NCBI GenBank assembly: GCA_900617105.1
Contig: UYFQ01000006.1
Coordinates: 248,001 to 312,000, forward strand
DNA length: 64,000 bases
Direction of reading: 5' to 3'
Source of the DNA: Hydrurus foetidus
Taxonomy: Eukaryota
Shown here one piece after another: positions 60,943 to 64,000 of the stretch. Numbering within the stretch: the first letter of the stretch is position 1; the number at the start of each line of letters is the position of its first letter. The position numbers and the translations under genes are program-made. The notes under the pieces are model-generated. The model searched no databases. It had not been told where the DNA came from and saw nothing but the letters and a program-made list of their open reading frames with translations.

Positions 60943-60993
60943 TTTCAATCAATGTCATGTCTTGCCGATGGGCAAGGACTGCAATGGCGCTTA

Positions 60994-61119
60994 ACCAGCT
61001 TTGCCGTCGTTCGCCGCTTGCTTGATGCCACCGACCCGTCCGTGACTTTGGCAACCATCAGCCGTGCGGCAACCGCATTGGGGTGCAATATGCAGTTTCA
61101 GCTGGTTGCCGCATCTTAA
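60994..61119 (+). pseudogene. C-terminal remnant of XRE/Fis-like HTH antitoxin
   Basis: TS..VVRRLLDATDPSVTLATISRAATALG...L*; conserved N-terminus absent. Confidence 0.6.
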
Positions 61120-61151
61120 TGTCCTAGCGGTGCGACCTGTCAGCCATCAAC

Positions 61152-61568
61152 TCACAAGCTGCAAAGCATTCGAACCGACACATGGTAGTCACCGGGAACC
61201 TGGGGAATCTCAGGTGTCCAATTACCGGCAATTTCGATGGTCAGAAGACTTCTCTTCGGGTTGAGCTTCTCCACGTACCTGTAGACAGCTTCGCCGCGCT
61301 CACCCATTCGTTGGTAGTCTTCAGGGCGTGCTGGAAATGCTTTTGATGTGGACTCCACCCTTACCCAAGACCGTTGCGCCCAATCTTCACCACAGGTTCG
61401 CATCTGAACAAACGCGCTATCAAGTCTGCGAATGTGCTCCTGAGTCAGTTGCGTTTGGTCTGCTGCGAAATCGAGGATTACATATGTGCCTGGCGTTGCT
61501 GCGGTGCTCAATGCCCATGCCGTTGAGCTAATGAGCAGAAGAAAAAGGAAATTCAGTGTGTTCTTCAT
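61152..61568 (-). CDS. Hypothetical exported protein, possibly divergent OmpA-C-like
   Basis: Signal peptide; F..DQTQL.....RLD and R.EAV..Y spacing. Confidence 0.5.
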   Translation of the reverse strand: MKNTLNFLFLLLISSTAWALSTAATPGTYVILDFAADQTQLTQEHIRRLDSAFVQMRTCGEDWAQRSWVRVESTSKAFPARPEDYQRMGERGEAVYRYVEKLNPKRSLLTIEIAGNWTPEIPQVPGDYHVSVRMLCSL

Positions 61569-61586
61569 ACATGGTGTCTGCAATGT

Positions 61587-62846
61587 TTAACTGGCAACCC
61601 CCGCCCGCTCCAGCATCGCATGCAGCAGCACATTCCCCCCCGCCGTGATGTGCTCCGGCTTCGCATCCTCAATTTCGTTATGGCTGATCCCGTCCTTGCA
61701 AGGGATAAAAATCATGCCACTGGGGGCCAGTTTGGCCATGTAGATCGCGTCATGCCCGGCACCTGACACCACGGGCATGTTGCTGTAGCCCAGTTTTTTG
61801 GCGGCCCGCGCCACCGCATCAATGCAGTCAGCGTGAAAGCCGATGGCTGAGTAGCTCGACACCATCTGAATCTGGATTCCAAAACCAGACTCTGCGCTGA
61901 GTTTGGCGGCGTAGGCTTTGACTTCACCTGCCATCGTATCCACCAGCGCATCGGTGGCGTTGCGCAAGTCGATGCTGAATTTCACGCGGCCTGGGATCAC
62001 GTTGCGGCTGTTGGGGAAGACCTGCACCATGCCCACGGTGCCGCGTCCGTGCGGGGGGTGGCGCAGGGCGCTGGCGACGACTTCTTGCATCAAATGGGTG
62101 GCGACTTGGAGCGCGTCTTTGCGCAGCGCCATCGGGGTGGGGCCAGCGTGGGCTTCCATGCCGGTGACGGTGCAGTCAAACCAGCGGATGCCGAGCACGC
62201 CTTGCACCACGCCGATGGTCACGTCGTTGTCTTCGAGTACCGGGCCTTGTTCGATGTGGGTTTCGAAGTACGCACCGATGGGGTGGTCACCGGGTTCTTG
62301 CTCGCCGATGTAGCCGATGCGGGCCAACTCACTTTGGACGCTTTTGCCCTCGGTGTCGGTTGCGGCGTAGGCGTGTTCCAGGGTGAAGGCTTTGGCGAAC
62401 ACGCCGGAGCCCATCATCACGGGGACGAAGCGCGAGCCTTCTTCGTTCGTCCACCAGGCGACTTCAATGGGGGCTTCGGTTTCGATGTTGTGGTCGTTCA
62501 GCGTACGGACGACCTCCAAGCCCGCCAATACGCCGTAGTTGCCGTCGAACTTGCCGCCTGTGGGCTGGGTGTCTATGTGGCTGCCAGTCATGATGGGGGG
62601 CAGGCTGTTGTTGCGCCCTGCGCGGCGCATGAAGCCGTTGCCGATTTTGTCGATGGTGACGGTCATGCCTGCTTCGATGGCCCAGCGGCTGACCAAGTCG
62701 CGACCTTGTTTGTCTAGGTCGGTGAGAGTGAGGCGGCACACACCGCCTTTGGGCGTGGCACCAATCTGGGCCAGCTCCATCAGGCTGTCCCACAGACGGG
62801 GGCCGTTGATGCGCAGGGTAGAGGTGTCGGTTGAGGTCGCTTGCAT
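61587..62846 (-). CDS. Zn-dependent hydrolase, N-carbamoyl-L-amino-acid amidohydrolase family
   Basis: GSHIDT, GGKFDGNYGV, NEEGSRF, HIEQGP, HAGPTPM..R.DAL, SGAGHDA, GISHN. Confidence 0.92.
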   Translation of the reverse strand: MQATSTDTSTLRINGPRLWDSLMELAQIGATPKGGVCRLTLTDLDKQGRDLVSRWAIEAGMTVTIDKIGNGFMRRAGRNNSLPPIMTGSHIDTQPTGGKFDGNYGVLAGLEVVRTLNDHNIETEAPIEVAWWTNEEGSRFVPVMMGSGVFAKAFTLEHAYAATDTEGKSVQSELARIGYIGEQEPGDHPIGAYFETHIEQGPVLEDNDVTIGVVQGVLGIRWFDCTVTGMEAHAGPTPMALRKDALQVATHLMQEVVASALRHPPHGRGTVGMVQVFPNSRNVIPGRVKFSIDLRNATDALVDTMAGEVKAYAAKLSAESGFGIQIQMVSSYSAIGFHADCIDAVARAAKKLGYSNMPVVSGAGHDAIYMAKLAPSGMIFIPCKDGISHNEIEDAKPEHITAGGNVLLHAMLERAGVAS

Positions 62847-62893
62847 AGATGTTGTCTTGTGATCGGGAAAAGGCGTACTGAAAAAGGAGGCGT

Positions 62894-64000
62894 TCACAGT
62901 GTGTCCAGCGGGAACACCGGGCGCTTGACTTTCGAGAAGGGGAACAAGTTGAAGTCTGAGCTGGTCACGCCGATGCTGTCGCATTCCACCAGCCCCTCGG
63001 ACAAAGGAACAAAGACCGGGCGGCAGTACATGCGCGACTTCAGCAACACGTAGCGGTAGTCGCTCGGGTTGAGACCGACGCACTGGAAGACGCCGATGTC
63101 CCACGGTTCATGCGGGCGCTCGGTGACCACGATGTGGGCAGAACCGATATCCAGCAGCACGGTGCGGCCCATGTGGCAGCGTTGGTCGGTGTAGATCGGC
63201 CCGGTGACGGTGTACTCCCCGTTGCTGATGGCGCGCACGGTGCCGCGCACCTGCATCGGTGGTTTGGTGATGCCCAGTTGTGTGAGGGGAATCTTGTTGC
63301 CCAGCGCCAAGCTGATGGTCGCGCCGACGCCGGCCTGCACCAGAAGTTCCACAGCCTCGGGGTCGCTCAGCGGGCCGACGGCGATGTGCTCCAGCCCGTG
63401 GGCCAAAGCCCCTTGCAGCACGTCCATGGCATCGCAGGTGCCGCCGGACATGCAGTTGTCGCTGTGGTCGAGCAGCAGCACGGGGCGGCTCGCGTTGACG
63501 GCCAAATCGCGGGCCTTGTTCAGCGATGCTGTTAATGGTTCGCTGACATAGACAAACCGATGGCGGTCAGCCCACATCTGGTCAGCAATGCGGTCGACCA
63601 CGGCTTGGGTGGCCTGCAAGGCTTCTGGCGTGTTGATGCTGGTGGCGACCACGCTCATGCAGGGGGCGGGGATGTCCGCCAACGAGAAACCTGCAAACAC
63701 CGAAACGGCGGGCAAGTTTTCGTTTTGCCCTTGCTCGGCGCTGCGTGCGGCTTCCACCGCTTGTTGCATGGCGCCGCTCAAGGTGGTGCTGCGCAGGGTG
63801 TGGCTCATCAAGGGGAGTTGTCGCCACAGCACGGTATAGCCCGGCTGGCGTGGTTGCTGCTGGCCTTGCAGCATGCCCAGCAGCAGCTTGGCCACATGGG
63901 CACCGGTTTCGTACATGTCGATGTGGGGGTAGGTTTTAAAGCCCACCATCACATCGGCGCTAGCGACCATTTTTTGAGTGATGTTGCCGTGCAAATCTAG
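62894..64000 (-). CDS. M81 (MlrC-like) metallopeptidase, 5' part outside window
   Basis: LDLHGN, KTYPHIDM, GF..ADIP, D.SDN..SGG, LLKSR, RPVFPLD. Confidence 0.85.
   Translation of the reverse strand, partial: LDLHGNITQKMVASADVMVGFKTYPHIDMYETGAHVAKLLLGMLQGQQQPRQPGYTVLWRQLPLMSHTLRSTTLSGAMQQAVEAARSAEQGQNENLPAVSVFAGFSLADIPAPCMSVVATSINTPEALQATQAVVDRIADQMWADRHRFVYVSEPLTASLNKARDLAVNASRPVLLLDHSDNCMSGGTCDAMDVLQGALAHGLEHIAVGPLSDPEAVELLVQAGVGATISLALGNKIPLTQLGITKPPMQVRGTVRAISNGEYTVTGPIYTDQRCHMGRTVLLDIGSAHIVVTERPHEPWDIGVFQCVGLNPSDYRYVLLKSRMYCRPVFVPLSEGLVECDSIGVTSSDFNLFPFSKVKRPVFPLDTL

Noticed and set aside
1..64000. CRISPR arrays, IS elements, prophage genes, rRNA
   Set aside because: No regularly spaced repeats with unique spacers, no transposase or phage-like ORFs and no rRNA-like sequence seen.

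Overview
A chromosomal window from a GC-rich betaproteobacterium. Gene content and protein sequences look like Comamonadaceae (Rhodoferax-like); this is an inference. Left to right: a DUF4258/DUF2283-type TA-like pair; a peptidase/amidohydrolase and molybdo-oxidoreductase cluster; dadA behind a tandem glycine riboswitch; a CoA-transferase/HMG-CoA-lyase/Bug catabolic cluster; vapBC; a ~5.2 kb island bounded by a duplicated 3' end of the acyl-CoA-binding-protein gene; a lipid region (ACBP, WS/DGAT, lipase, LaoAB-like GMC pair, fadD) with phhA; tRNA-fMet; the alpha and spc ribosomal operons; a complete glycerol locus; proC; a cluster of decayed toxin-antitoxin genes; and a carbamoylase plus a partial MlrC-type peptidase. 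I saw no CRISPR array, integrase or transposase. The main unexplained signals are three. (1) A degenerate ~55-bp element with a GCTAY-N7-RTAGC palindromic core occurs at least 7 times, mostly inside coding sequences including glpK and secY. (2) The island at the ACBP gene lacks an integrase but has att-like ends and AgpS-like/RetSat-like cargo. (3) A TA 'graveyard' has internally deleted toxins next to one intact antitoxin. All family assignments come from reading motifs by eye; no database search was run.
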